From the NCBI RefSeq assembly GCF_000015025.1, contig NC_008578.1:1140001-1172000 (forward strand): DNA of 32,000 bases, written 5' to 3'. The translations under genes were made by a program, and so were the position numbers. The stretch comes from Acidothermus cellulolyticus 11B. GTDB taxonomy: Bacteria > Actinomycetota > Actinomycetes > Acidothermales > Acidothermaceae. Of the stretch, positions 9,653 through 17,948 are shown one piece after another; within the stretch, counting starts at the first letter, position 1, and the number at the start of each line of letters is the position of its first letter. The notes below the pieces were generated by a model. The model did not search any database and was not told where the DNA came from. It worked only from the letters and a program-made list of their open reading frames with translations.

Positions 9653-11002
9653 TCACTTGCCGCGGGCGTCAGGCTGCGGCGGAAGCCGCATTTCTCCACG
9701 TCCGGCAGGCGTGTTCCGATGGGATTCCGGCTCGCGGAGGGTGGGAAGAGGCTGATTGATGGTCCAATACCGCCGGCCGGCCACGAGGAGATCCTCGGCT
9801 GGAAACTTCGTGATGACTTCGCATCCGTCGGCCGTGACGACGACTTCTTCTTCGATGCGGGCTGCGGACCAACCGTCCGCCGCCGGCCAGTATGTCTCGA
9901 GCGCGAAAACCATGCCCTCTTCCAGGGTTTCCGGGTGATCAAGAGAGACGAGCCGACTGAAGATAGGCTTTTCCCAGATGGAGAGCCCGACGCCGTGACC
10001 ATATTGCAGCGCGAATGCGGCTTCCTCGTCAGGGAATCCGAATTCCTGAGCCTTCGGCCACAGCGCCACGATGTCAGCCGTGGTCACTCCGGGCTTCACC
10101 ATGGCAATCGCGGCGTCCATGTATTCCCGGCATCGTGTGTAGGCGTCCCGCATCGCAGGGGAGGCGCTGCCCACTGCGAAGGTGCGGTAGTAGCAGGTGC
10201 GGTAACCGAGGTGGCTGTGGAGGATGTCGAAGAACGCTGGATCACCCGGCCGGATGATTCTGTCGCTGTAGACGTGCGGATGCGGGGAGCAGCGCTCCCC
10301 AGAGATGGCATTGACTCCCTCGACATATTCGCTGCCGAGGTCGTAAAGAACCTTGCTAACCACGCCGACGCATTCGTTCTCACGCACGCCGGGACGGAGA
10401 AAAGCATACAGCTCTTCATATGCCGCATCGACCATTGCGCACGCTTGTGTGAGCAATGCGATTTCGTCGGGAGTCTTGATGCGCCGGGCTTCGAGGAAAA
10501 CCTGTTGACCGTCGACGACCTGCACGCCTTCAGCTTGCAGAGCGGCAAGGATCGGCAGTTCGATGACATCCACGCCGAGAGGCTCGTTGGCGAGGCCGTG
10601 CTCGCGAAGCTCGGTGGCGATTTTGCGCGCAAGCTCGGTCGCGATGCCGGCGTTCGGATGGAAAGCACCGCGGAGTGTGGAAATACCCGCACGTGCGCGT
10701 CGTGTCCCGTCCAGCCACGGGTTGAAGAGCTGGTGGTGACGGGCGGCGGAGCCGAAGTCCCAGATGATCGGTTCTCCGCCGCGTGGCAGTAACGCGAATC
10801 GGATGAGTTTGTCGACCGCCCAAGTGCCGATGTGGGTGGCCGTCATGTATCGGATATTCGCGAAGTCGAAGGCGAGGAGTGCTCCGAGTTCGGTCGTCTC
10901 CAGGGTGGCACGGAGTCGGGCGAGTCGATCACGGCGGAGTCGATCCAGGTCGATGCGTTGTTCCCAGTCGACGGCGTTAGGACCGTAGGTACGAATGGCC
11001 AC
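9653..11002 (-). CDS. M24-family (creatinase/prolidase-fold) hydrolase, divergent active site
   Basis: It has a creatinase/prolidase N-domain plus a pita-bread domain (GHGVGLS, GMVFALE, ARIEEEVVVT). GTG start with GAAAGGGGG upstream. Confidence 0.8.
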   Translation of the reverse strand: MAIRTYGPNAVDWEQRIDLDRLRRDRLARLRATLETTELGALLAFDFANIRYMTATHIGTWAVDKLIRFALLPRGGEPIIWDFGSAARHHQLFNPWLDGTRRARAGISTLRGAFHPNAGIATELARKIATELREHGLANEPLGVDVIELPILAALQAEGVQVVDGQQVFLEARRIKTPDEIALLTQACAMVDAAYEELYAFLRPGVRENECVGVVSKVLYDLGSEYVEGVNAISGERCSPHPHVYSDRIIRPGDPAFFDILHSHLGYRTCYYRTFAVGSASPAMRDAYTRCREYMDAAIAMVKPGVTTADIVALWPKAQEFGFPDEEAAFALQYGHGVGLSIWEKPIFSRLVSLDHPETLEEGMVFALETYWPAADGWSAARIEEEVVVTADGCEVITKFPAEDLLVAGRRYWTINQPLPTLREPESHRNTPAGRGEMRLPPQPDARGK

Positions 11003-11065
11003 CGCAGCTGCCCCCTTTCCCGCTTTAAGGCTGTTAGTCTAGGTCCGGCATCGAGAAGCCGTCAA

Positions 11066-11093
11066 GTGTCACTGCACAGGTTGCGCATGACAC
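11066..11093. promoter_or_regulatory. Imperfect palindrome GTGTCActgca-N-tgcgcaTGACAC in the divergent intergenic region. Candidate operator of the XRE-cupin regulator.
   Basis: The perfect 6-bp arms GTGTCA and TGACAC are separated by 16 nt, with partial extension inward. It sits between the divergent M24-operon start (11002) and the regulator start (11145). Confidence 0.3.
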
Positions 11094-11144
11094 CGCACGG
11101 GTGTTAAGCCGATCGTCGTGTACGGAGGATGCGGAGGAGGCTGG

Positions 11145-11783
11145 GTGAACGTCGCCCAGGTACCACAGGTTGGTGAGCGGTTGCGCCGGGCCCGCTTGCG
11201 TCGCGGCGTCAGCCTGCGCAGTCTGGCCCGGGACTTGGGCGTCTCCGCGAGCCTGCTGTCCCAGATCGAGACAGGGAAGAGCCAGCCGTCGGTGAGCACC
11301 CTGTATGCGATAACGACCGCCCTCGGCCTGGCGATGGAGGAGGTTTTCGAGCAACCGACCCGTGCGCGGCGCTCCGTGGCGCCGCCGATGGAGATGGACC
11401 TCTCTCCGCCGGCGCGCGCCGCCCGCGAGGAGCGGCATGAGCGGCTCGGACCCGTGGTGACGCCTGAGGACCGGAAGGTGCTCCACCTGGATTCCGGTGT
11501 GACGTGGGAATGGCTTGGCCGGCTCCCACACAGCCACGTCGAGTTCCTCCTCATCACCTACCACCCTGGAGGAACCTCCTCGAGCAACGGCGGGCTGATG
11601 CGGCATCACGGCGCTGAGTATGGATATCTGATCAGCGGGGAACTCATTCTCACGCTCGGTTTCGAGGAATACCGCTTGCGTCCCGGTGACGCTGTTTCCT
11701 TTGCGTCGACCACTCCCCATCGGCTTCGGAACGAAGGCCAGCAGCCGGCCGTCGGCGTCTGGTTCGTCACTGAGGAGGTGTAG
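11145..11783 (+). CDS. XRE-family HTH transcriptional regulator with a C-terminal cupin sensor domain (PuuR-like architecture)
   Basis: The HTH segment is VGERLRRARLRRGVSLRSLARDLGVSASLLSQIETGKSQPSVSTL. The C-terminal cupin has GAEYGYLISGEL and GDAVSFASTTPHRLRN. I preferred the GTG at 11145, which has GGAGGAGG upstream. Confidence 0.85.
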   Translation: MNVAQVPQVGERLRRARLRRGVSLRSLARDLGVSASLLSQIETGKSQPSVSTLYAITTALGLAMEEVFEQPTRARRSVAPPMEMDLSPPARAAREERHERLGPVVTPEDRKVLHLDSGVTWEWLGRLPHSHVEFLLITYHPGGTSSSNGGLMRHHGAEYGYLISGELILTLGFEEYRLRPGDAVSFASTTPHRLRNEGQQPAVGVWFVTEEV

Positions 11784-11797
11784 TTCGGCCGTCGCAC

Positions 11798-12715
11798 TCA
11801 TTGCGGCGTGCCGGGTGCCGGTGCCTCGGTTGAGAAAGACCGGGAGGCTAGACCACGCAGGTAAACGGCGAGAGCGGAGATGTCACGATCGCCGACGTGG
11901 TCGAGCGCAGCGGCGACGATGGCGAGATTCTTCGCCGCCTGCGGCAGCGGTGTGCCGGTCTGTTCGCCTAGGGCCAGGATGAGTTCGAGGTCCTTGCGGA
12001 CGAGTGCCAATCGGAAGTCGACCGGCGCGTGTTCGGGGTCCTCGAAGGCTTGCCGCTTGTAGTGCACGAAGGGCGCGCCGGCGGCGCTGGATGCGAAGAC
12101 GTCGTACGCCAGGCTTCGCGGGATTCCTGCTCGTTCGGCGAGTACGAGTCCTTCGGCAAGTGCCGCATTGAGCCCGTGGATGACGGTGTTGACGGCGAGC
12201 TTCATGGCCGCGCCGCTGCCGAGAGGACCCAGATGAAAAATCCGTCGACCAATGATGTCGAGAACCGGGCGGATCGCGTCCAGGCTGGCGTCCTCACCAC
12301 CGACCATCAGCGTGAGACCGCCCTCGCGTGCTACGGCGACGCTGCCGGAGACCGGAACGTCGAGGATGTCGGCACCCTTGGCGCGCAATTCGGGCGCGAT
12401 GGCACGAGCGACCTCCGGCTCCACGGTGCTGAGCTCCGCCACGACGAGACCGGGGCGTGCACCGGCCACAACGCCGTCCGGACCGAGGAAGACGTCCTCG
12501 ACCGCCCGACGATCCGCAAGCGAGGTGAGCGCAACTGGAACGTCTGCCACGGCTTCAGCGGGCGTTGCAGCAACCTTGGCGCCGAGTCGTTCGCCGAGCG
12601 CCTGCGCGCGTTCGCGGGTCCGGTTCCAGAGAATGAGCTCAGCACCGGCGTCGTGAAGCCGGGCCGCCATTGCGCTGCCCATCGCACCGAGACCGAGAAC
12701 TGCGACCTGTGTCAC
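11798..12715 (-). CDS. NAD(P)-dependent beta-hydroxyacid dehydrogenase (3-hydroxyisobutyrate / tartronate-semialdehyde reductase family)
   Basis: It has the VAVLGLGAMGSAMA Rossmann motif and family blocks (DVPVSGS, GSGAAMKLAVN). I trimmed it to the GTG at 12715, which has GGGAGGAG upstream. Confidence 0.85.
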   Translation of the reverse strand: MTQVAVLGLGAMGSAMAARLHDAGAELILWNRTRERAQALGERLGAKVAATPAEAVADVPVALTSLADRRAVEDVFLGPDGVVAGARPGLVVAELSTVEPEVARAIAPELRAKGADILDVPVSGSVAVAREGGLTLMVGGEDASLDAIRPVLDIIGRRIFHLGPLGSGAAMKLAVNTVIHGLNAALAEGLVLAERAGIPRSLAYDVFASSAAGAPFVHYKRQAFEDPEHAPVDFRLALVRKDLELILALGEQTGTPLPQAAKNLAIVAAALDHVGDRDISALAVYLRGLASRSFSTEAPAPGTPQ

Positions 12716-12865
12716 CGTCGACTCCTCCCTGGTTGAGGCTGAAGGATTCGGTGCACGCGTGACACCTACCACAATCGGTTGCGTACCGCTCGCGCACGCG
12801 CTAGTCTTTGTTTGATGTCACTGTACGCTCGATCCCGGTCCGGGTCGACCTGACGGAGGTGTTGG

Positions 12866-13894
12866 GTGCGTCGTCCTACGGACATCGGTTTACCGGAACG
12901 TCCAACCTTCACCGCGGAGGTCAACGGTCGCGAACTGGATCTGTTCGAACTGATGGTGCGCCTGCGATTCTTCGAGCGGCGGGCTCACGACCTTTTCCTT
13001 CAAGGCCTGGTAAAAGGTACGTCGCATCTGTCGCTTGGTCAAGAGGCGGTGGCAACGGGCTTTGCCGCAGCGATGGAGCCGACGGATCTCACCTTTGCCA
13101 CCTACCGGGGTCATGCACACACCCTTTCCCGGGGCGCATCAATGACCGGTGTTATGGGCGAGCTCATGGGCCGGTCGGTCGGCCTGATGGCTGGTAAGGG
13201 TGGTTCGATGCACTTGACCAGCGTTGAGCACGGCATGATGGGGTCATACGCCATCGTTGGCGCGCACCTCCCGGTGGCGGTCGGTGCCGCATGGTCCGCA
13301 AAAGTGCGTGGAACGAACCAAGTTGTCGTCTGCTTTTTCGGCGATGGGACGACGAATATCGGGGCCTTTCACGAGGCGCTGAGCCTTGCTGCAGTCTGGA
13401 GAGTTCCGGTCGTCTTCGTCTGCGAAAACAACTTGTACATGGAGTACACGTCGATTTCTTCGGTGACTCCGGTGGTGCGACCGCTGGCCGACCGTGCGTC
13501 CGCTTACGGTCTGTCCGCTGTCGTTGTCGACGGCAACGATGTCGCCGCCGTCTTCGATGTCGCCCGGCGCTCGATTGCCGAGTGCCGCACCGGCGGCGGC
13601 CCGGTGCTCATCGAGGCCCTTACCTACCGGCAGGGTGGGCATTCCCGAGCAGATCCCGGTACGTACCGGCCGAAGGAGGAAGTCGAGGCGTGGCTTGCCC
13701 GGGATCCGGTGACGTGTTACCGGGAGCACCTTCTTGCCAGCGGCTACCCGGCGGGCACTCTCGATGAGATCGAAGCGCGGGCCACGGCGGAGGTCGACCG
13801 CGCGGTGGAGGAGGCACGTACGGCGGCTGCCCCCGACGTGAGCTTGGTGGAAGCCGACCTTTGGGCAGATGGGAGTGCGTCGTGGCGGTCCTGA
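12866..13894 (+). CDS. Thiamine-diphosphate-dependent 2-oxoacid (pyruvate/acetoin-type) dehydrogenase E1 alpha subunit
   Basis: It has the ThDP-binding motif GDGTTNIGAFHEALSLAAVWRVPVVFVCENNLY and the YR..GHS block. GTG start with GGAGG 6 nt upstream. Confidence 0.9.
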   Translation: MRRPTDIGLPERPTFTAEVNGRELDLFELMVRLRFFERRAHDLFLQGLVKGTSHLSLGQEAVATGFAAAMEPTDLTFATYRGHAHTLSRGASMTGVMGELMGRSVGLMAGKGGSMHLTSVEHGMMGSYAIVGAHLPVAVGAAWSAKVRGTNQVVVCFFGDGTTNIGAFHEALSLAAVWRVPVVFVCENNLYMEYTSISSVTPVVRPLADRASAYGLSAVVVDGNDVAAVFDVARRSIAECRTGGGPVLIEALTYRQGGHSRADPGTYRPKEEVEAWLARDPVTCYREHLLASGYPAGTLDEIEARATAEVDRAVEEARTAAAPDVSLVEADLWADGSASWRS

Positions 13895-14865
13895 GTTATC
13901 GGGAGGCGGTGGCTCGCGGCCTCGCACAGGAAATGGCCCGGGATTCCCGGGTCGTGCTCATCGGAGAGGATGTCGGCGCCGCCGGGGGTGTTTTCAAGGC
14001 GACGGTCGGGCTCCTCGATCAATTCGGACCGAGCCGGGTCATCGATACGCCGATTGCCGAGCAGGCGATCATCGGCGCCGCAATGGGGGCGGCGATGAAC
14101 GGCATGCGGCCGGTGGCGGAAATCATGTTCTCGGACTTCTTCGCCGTCTGCTGGGATCAGATTGCCAATCAGATCGCCAAGACGCGGTACATGACGCACG
14201 GTCAAATTTCCCTGCCTCTTGTCATCCGGACGGCCAACGGCGGGGGAGTCCGCTTTGGTGCCCAACACTCTCAGAGTGTCGAAAACTGGGCCATGATGGT
14301 TCCTGGCCTGAAGGTCGTTGCACCGTCGACCCCACGTGACGTTGTCGGCTTGCTTGCAGCGGCGATCCGCGATCCTGATCCGGTCATATTCTTCGAACAC
14401 AAGTCGCTGTATGCGGTGCGCGACGAGGTTCCTGACGGAGAGATCGTTGACGAGCTGGGTCGCGCTGTCGTACGCCGACAGGGTCGGGACGCCACGGTGG
14501 TTGCATTGGCTGCCATGGTGCCAAGAGCTCTCGCCGCTGCGGACCGGTTGGCCGCTGAGGATGGCATTTCCGTCTCGGTGGTCGATGTCCGTTCGCTTGT
14601 GCCGCTCGACGTATCAACACTGCTTGACGCGACCCGGGCCACCGGCCGCGTGTTCACCGTGGAAGAGAATCCGCGCCTCTGCGGCTGGGGTGGCGAAATT
14701 GTCTCCATCCTCGTCGAAGAGGCGTGGCCTGACCTTAAGGCGGCCCCGGTACGCATCACCACGCCGCACATTCCCCTCCCGGCGGCTGATGTCTTGGAAG
14801 ATGCCGCTATTCCCAGCGTCGACCGTATCGTTGAAACCATTCGCAAGCACGTGACAGCAAACTGA
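13882..14865 (+). CDS. 2-oxoacid dehydrogenase E1 beta subunit
   Basis: LSYREAV...GEDVG..GGVF..T.GL...FG..RV.DTPIAE is a typical E1-beta N-terminus, and a transketolase C-terminal domain follows. The start is set at the GTG at 13882, overlapping the E1-alpha end. The exact start is uncertain. Confidence 0.88.
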   Translation: MAVLSYREAVARGLAQEMARDSRVVLIGEDVGAAGGVFKATVGLLDQFGPSRVIDTPIAEQAIIGAAMGAAMNGMRPVAEIMFSDFFAVCWDQIANQIAKTRYMTHGQISLPLVIRTANGGGVRFGAQHSQSVENWAMMVPGLKVVAPSTPRDVVGLLAAAIRDPDPVIFFEHKSLYAVRDEVPDGEIVDELGRAVVRRQGRDATVVALAAMVPRALAAADRLAAEDGISVSVVDVRSLVPLDVSTLLDATRATGRVFTVEENPRLCGWGGEIVSILVEEAWPDLKAAPVRITTPHIPLPAADVLEDAAIPSVDRIVETIRKHVTAN

Positions 14866-14885
14866 GACCCGTTGTGGAGCGTTCA

Positions 14886-15116
14886 GTGTTCGAAGTCCGC
14901 ATGCCGCAACTCGGTGAGACCGTGCAGACCGGCACGATTAAGGCTTGGCACAAGAAGGTCGGTGATACGGTACGGGCCGACGAGACGCTGCTCGAGGTTT
15001 CCAGCGACAAGGTCGACGTCGATATTCCCGCACAGGCCGACGGCGTCCTCAAGGAGATTCGCGTAGCCGAGGGTGAAGAAGTCGCTGTCGGTACGGTGAT
15101 TGCGGTCATCGACTAG
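14886..15116 (+). CDS. Free-standing lipoyl-attachment domain protein (about 76 aa). It has no E2 catalytic domain.
   Basis: VFEVRMPQLGETVQTGTI..W.K.VGD.V...E.LLEVSSDKVDVDIPA..DGVL is a canonical lipoyl domain with the modifiable Lys in the SDKV turn. The ORF stops at 15114-15116. The GTG at 14886 has GGAG 6 nt upstream, and the GTG at 14874 is an alternative. Confidence 0.85.
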   Translation: MFEVRMPQLGETVQTGTIKAWHKKVGDTVRADETLLEVSSDKVDVDIPAQADGVLKEIRVAEGEEVAVGTVIAVID

Positions 15117-15123
15117 CACCCGC

Positions 15124-15154
15124 GGCGGGCGACAACGGCTGTTCGTCGCGCGCC
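15124..15154 (+). terminator. GC-rich hairpin immediately after the lipoyl-domain gene. Candidate terminator.
   Basis: GGCGGGCGACAA-cggctg-TTcGTCGCGCGCC forms about 11 bp with one mismatch and one bulge. It begins 8 nt after the stop codon and has no T-run. Confidence 0.3.
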
Positions 15155-15375
15155 CTCTGAACGGACTCCCCTGTTCGGGCGTCAGGGCGGACGCACGTGT
15201 CTGCTCGCGTGGCTGAGCGTCCGGCATATGTTCTGAGCACGGCGACTCTTTTAAGGCCGGCCGGCAGCCGCGCATCGCAATTCTGCGTGTCTCCGCGTGA
15301 CCGTCCTGCAGCTCTCCTTGGCTGCGGGCGTTCCTGTCAGAGCCGTGCATGCCGTCCAGGGCATGGCGGTGACTG

Positions 15376-16398
15376 TTACGGCTGGCGTAACCGATACCAC
15401 GCGTCGATACCGACGGCAAGCAGAAGAATGGCGCCGAGGGTCATCTGCTGGTAGAGCGGGTTCAGCCCGAGCAGATCGAAACCGTTTCCGATCAGGGCGA
15501 TGAAGAGTACCCCGACGACCGTGCGCCAGATCGCTCCTTCGCCGCCGAGGATTGACGTTCCCCCGACGACGATTCCTGCGAGCACGGTGAAGGCGAGTGT
15601 GCTGCCGTTGTTGGCTTGGGCGCTGAGCACGCGCGATGTGTCGATGACGCCGCCCAGGGCGGCGGCAAAGCCGCTGAGGGTGAAGGCGACAACTCGGATG
15701 GCGTTGATCCGTACGCCGGCGAGCCGGGCAGCCTCGATGTTGCCGCCGACGGCGTATAGATATCGGCCGAACGTCGTGCGGGCAAGGAGAAACCCGAGTG
15801 CCAGCACGACCACCAGCATTGTCCAAATCGAGGTGCGAATGGTGAGGAATTCGGTCTGCGCGATACGTGCGTATTCACGATTGCTGGTGAGGACGATGAG
15901 ATTTCCGTTGGAAATGCGAGCTGCCAGGCCGCTCACGATGAAGGACATCGCCAGTGTGGCGATGAGCGAGTTGATGCGGAAGAGCGTGCTCACGATTCCG
16001 TTGACGACGCCGATGCCTATTCCGATCGCAACGGCGATCAGCGCGCCGAGGAGAGCCGGATGGTGCTGCGCGACCATCGCCGACGCGACCCCGGCGAGCG
16101 CATACGTCGCACCGACGGAGAGGTCGAGGCCGCCGCTGATGAGGACGAGAGTGCCGGCTGCGGCGATGATGAGTGTCGCCGCCTGTTGATCGAGAATGTT
16201 GAGCAGATTGGTCTTTGACAGGAAGGGTGGACTCGCCACGGCCAGGGCGATGAACAGGGCCAGAAAGGGCATGAGAATGGCGGCGGAGCGCCATAGCCGC
16301 GCCGGTTGCCTCAGGAGCGCGCTGATGACCGCCAGGACCGCCGGAGTCGCGCGGTCCTGGCTCTTGACGGAATCCGCCACGGACGAGTGCTCCATCAT
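15376..16398 (-). CDS. Sugar ABC transporter permease (ribose/xylose-type, RbsC-like)
   Basis: 340 aa and highly hydrophobic with multiple TM segments. The pattern is typical of the BPD_transp_2 family. Its start overlaps the stop of the upstream ATPase gene by 4 nt. Confidence 0.85.
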   Translation of the reverse strand: MMEHSSVADSVKSQDRATPAVLAVISALLRQPARLWRSAAILMPFLALFIALAVASPPFLSKTNLLNILDQQAATLIIAAAGTLVLISGGLDLSVGATYALAGVASAMVAQHHPALLGALIAVAIGIGIGVVNGIVSTLFRINSLIATLAMSFIVSGLAARISNGNLIVLTSNREYARIAQTEFLTIRTSIWTMLVVVLALGFLLARTTFGRYLYAVGGNIEAARLAGVRINAIRVVAFTLSGFAAALGGVIDTSRVLSAQANNGSTLAFTVLAGIVVGGTSILGGEGAIWRTVVGVLFIALIGNGFDLLGLNPLYQQMTLGAILLLAVGIDAWYRLRQP

Positions 16399-17948
16399 TC
16401 CTCCCGCGTCCCAGAGTGCTCGGCGAACGCCGCAGTGATCACGTTATGCTCGTTGAGCTGATCGGCCGTGAGCTCCGCGGCGATTCTTCCGGCTCGAATG
16501 ACGAGGGCGCGATGCGAGAGACCGAGAATTTCTTCGACGTCCGATGAAATGACGACAATCGCCGTCCCGCTGTCGGCCTCACCGGCAAGAAGTTCGTAGA
16601 TGGCGTGACGTGCACCGACATCGACGCCTCGAGTCGGTTCATCGGCAATGAGCACCGCCGGCTGGCTTAACAAGGCCCGGGCGAAGAGGACCTTCTGTTG
16701 GTTTCCGCCGGAGAGCGTGGCGACGGGTGCGTCAATGTTGGCCGCGCGAACGTTGAGCGCGTCCAGAATGTGGCGGACGACGCGTGCCTCACGTCGCTTG
16801 TTGATCCAACCGCCGCGGCTGACGGTGCGGAGGATGTTGAGGGTGACGTTTTCGCGGATGGATCGGCGCAACAGCAGTCCTTGGTCCTTGCGGGATTCGG
16901 GGATCAGAGCGATTCCTGACCGTAAGGCTGCGCTGGGTGTCGCGAATCGCTGGGAGCGGCCGCGCACGACGAGTTCGCCCGCATGCGGTCGGCGCGAACC
17001 GTAAATCGCGTGGGCGATTTCACTCCGGCCGGCTCCGACGAGTCCCGCCAGCCCAAGGATCTCGCCGCGGCGGAGGGAGAACGACACTCCTGCGACACCG
17101 GGAGCCGTCACCTGTCGTGCTTCCAGAATGGTCGCGGCTGAGGCGGCCGGAAGGCGTTTCTCCGGGAAGACAGACGTGAGTGTGCGGCCGAGCATGCCCT
17201 CGATCAGGGATTCACGTGTCTCCCTCCCCGCCGGCGAGGTGCGAACGACGAGGCCGTCGCGCAGAATCGTGATGACGTCCGACAGTGCGAGAACCTCCGA
17301 GAGGAAGTGTGAGATCAGAAGCACGGCCTTCCCGGAGCGGGCGAGGGACTTGATGACGTCGTGCAAGCGGGCGGCTTCGTTGTCCGGCAGAGTCGCGGTC
17401 GGCTCGTCCATGACGATCAGCGAAGCACCGCTGCGCAGGGCGCGCAGAATCTCTATTTTTTGTTGATCGGCTGGACGCAGCGCGCCTGCAGGGACGTCCG
17501 GTGGAAGCTCAAATCCCACTTCGCCCGCCAACTCTTCGAATTGTGCGCGCAGCCGGCGGCTGCGGATTATTCCTGTCGTCCGAGGCTCGGTGCCGAGAAA
17601 GACGTTGGCGGCTACGGAGAGACTGGGCACGATGGTGAGTTCCTGGGCGATGGTGGCAATGCCGTGCGCACGGGCATCGCGAGGTGAGCGGAAGGTCACA
17701 GGCGTACCGTCAATGCGGAGTTCACCCGTGTCGGGCGCCAGGACGCCGCCGATAATCTTCGCTATCGTCGATTTTCCTGCGCCGTTCTCACCGATGAGCG
17801 CGTGGACGGTACCCGCGCGCACCGTGAGATTGACCTCGCGGAGCGCACGGGTACCACCGAAGCGTTTGGTGACGCCGACGAGCTGGATGGAAGAGAAACC
17901 TCCTTCGCCGTGGGCGTCGGACTTCATCGGACGACTCACCCCGGCCAC
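16395..17948 (-). CDS. Sugar ABC transporter ATP-binding protein with duplicated ATPase domains (RbsA-like)
   Basis: It has Walker A GENGAGKST, Walker B LIVMDEPT, and a second cassette with LSGGNQQK and LIADEPTRGVD. The start is ambiguous: GTG at 17948 (13-nt overlap with the SBP gene) or ATG at 17927. Confidence 0.9.
   Translation of the reverse strand: MAGVSRPMKSDAHGEGGFSSIQLVGVTKRFGGTRALREVNLTVRAGTVHALIGENGAGKSTIAKIIGGVLAPDTGELRIDGTPVTFRSPRDARAHGIATIAQELTIVPSLSVAANVFLGTEPRTTGIIRSRRLRAQFEELAGEVGFELPPDVPAGALRPADQQKIEILRALRSGASLIVMDEPTATLPDNEAARLHDVIKSLARSGKAVLLISHFLSEVLALSDVITILRDGLVVRTSPAGRETRESLIEGMLGRTLTSVFPEKRLPAASAATILEARQVTAPGVAGVSFSLRRGEILGLAGLVGAGRSEIAHAIYGSRRPHAGELVVRGRSQRFATPSAALRSGIALIPESRKDQGLLLRRSIRENVTLNILRTVSRGGWINKRREARVVRHILDALNVRAANIDAPVATLSGGNQQKVLFARALLSQPAVLIADEPTRGVDVGARHAIYELLAGEADSGTAIVVISSDVEEILGLSHRALVIRAGRIAAELTADQLNEHNVITAAFAEHSGTREE

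Noticed and set aside
9719-10792. A 357-aa plus-strand ORF
   Set aside because: It is antisense to the M24 hydrolase gene and has no recognisable domains.
11034-11801. A 255-aa minus-strand ORF
   Set aside because: It is antisense to the XRE-cupin regulator, which has an unmistakable HTH motif.
15117-15375. A possible degraded E2 catalytic domain or pseudogene after the lipoyl-domain gene
   Set aside because: I translated the continuation and the other frames by eye. I saw no Ala/Pro linker, subunit-binding or acyltransferase (DHRxxDG) remnants, and the region is too short for a catalytic domain.
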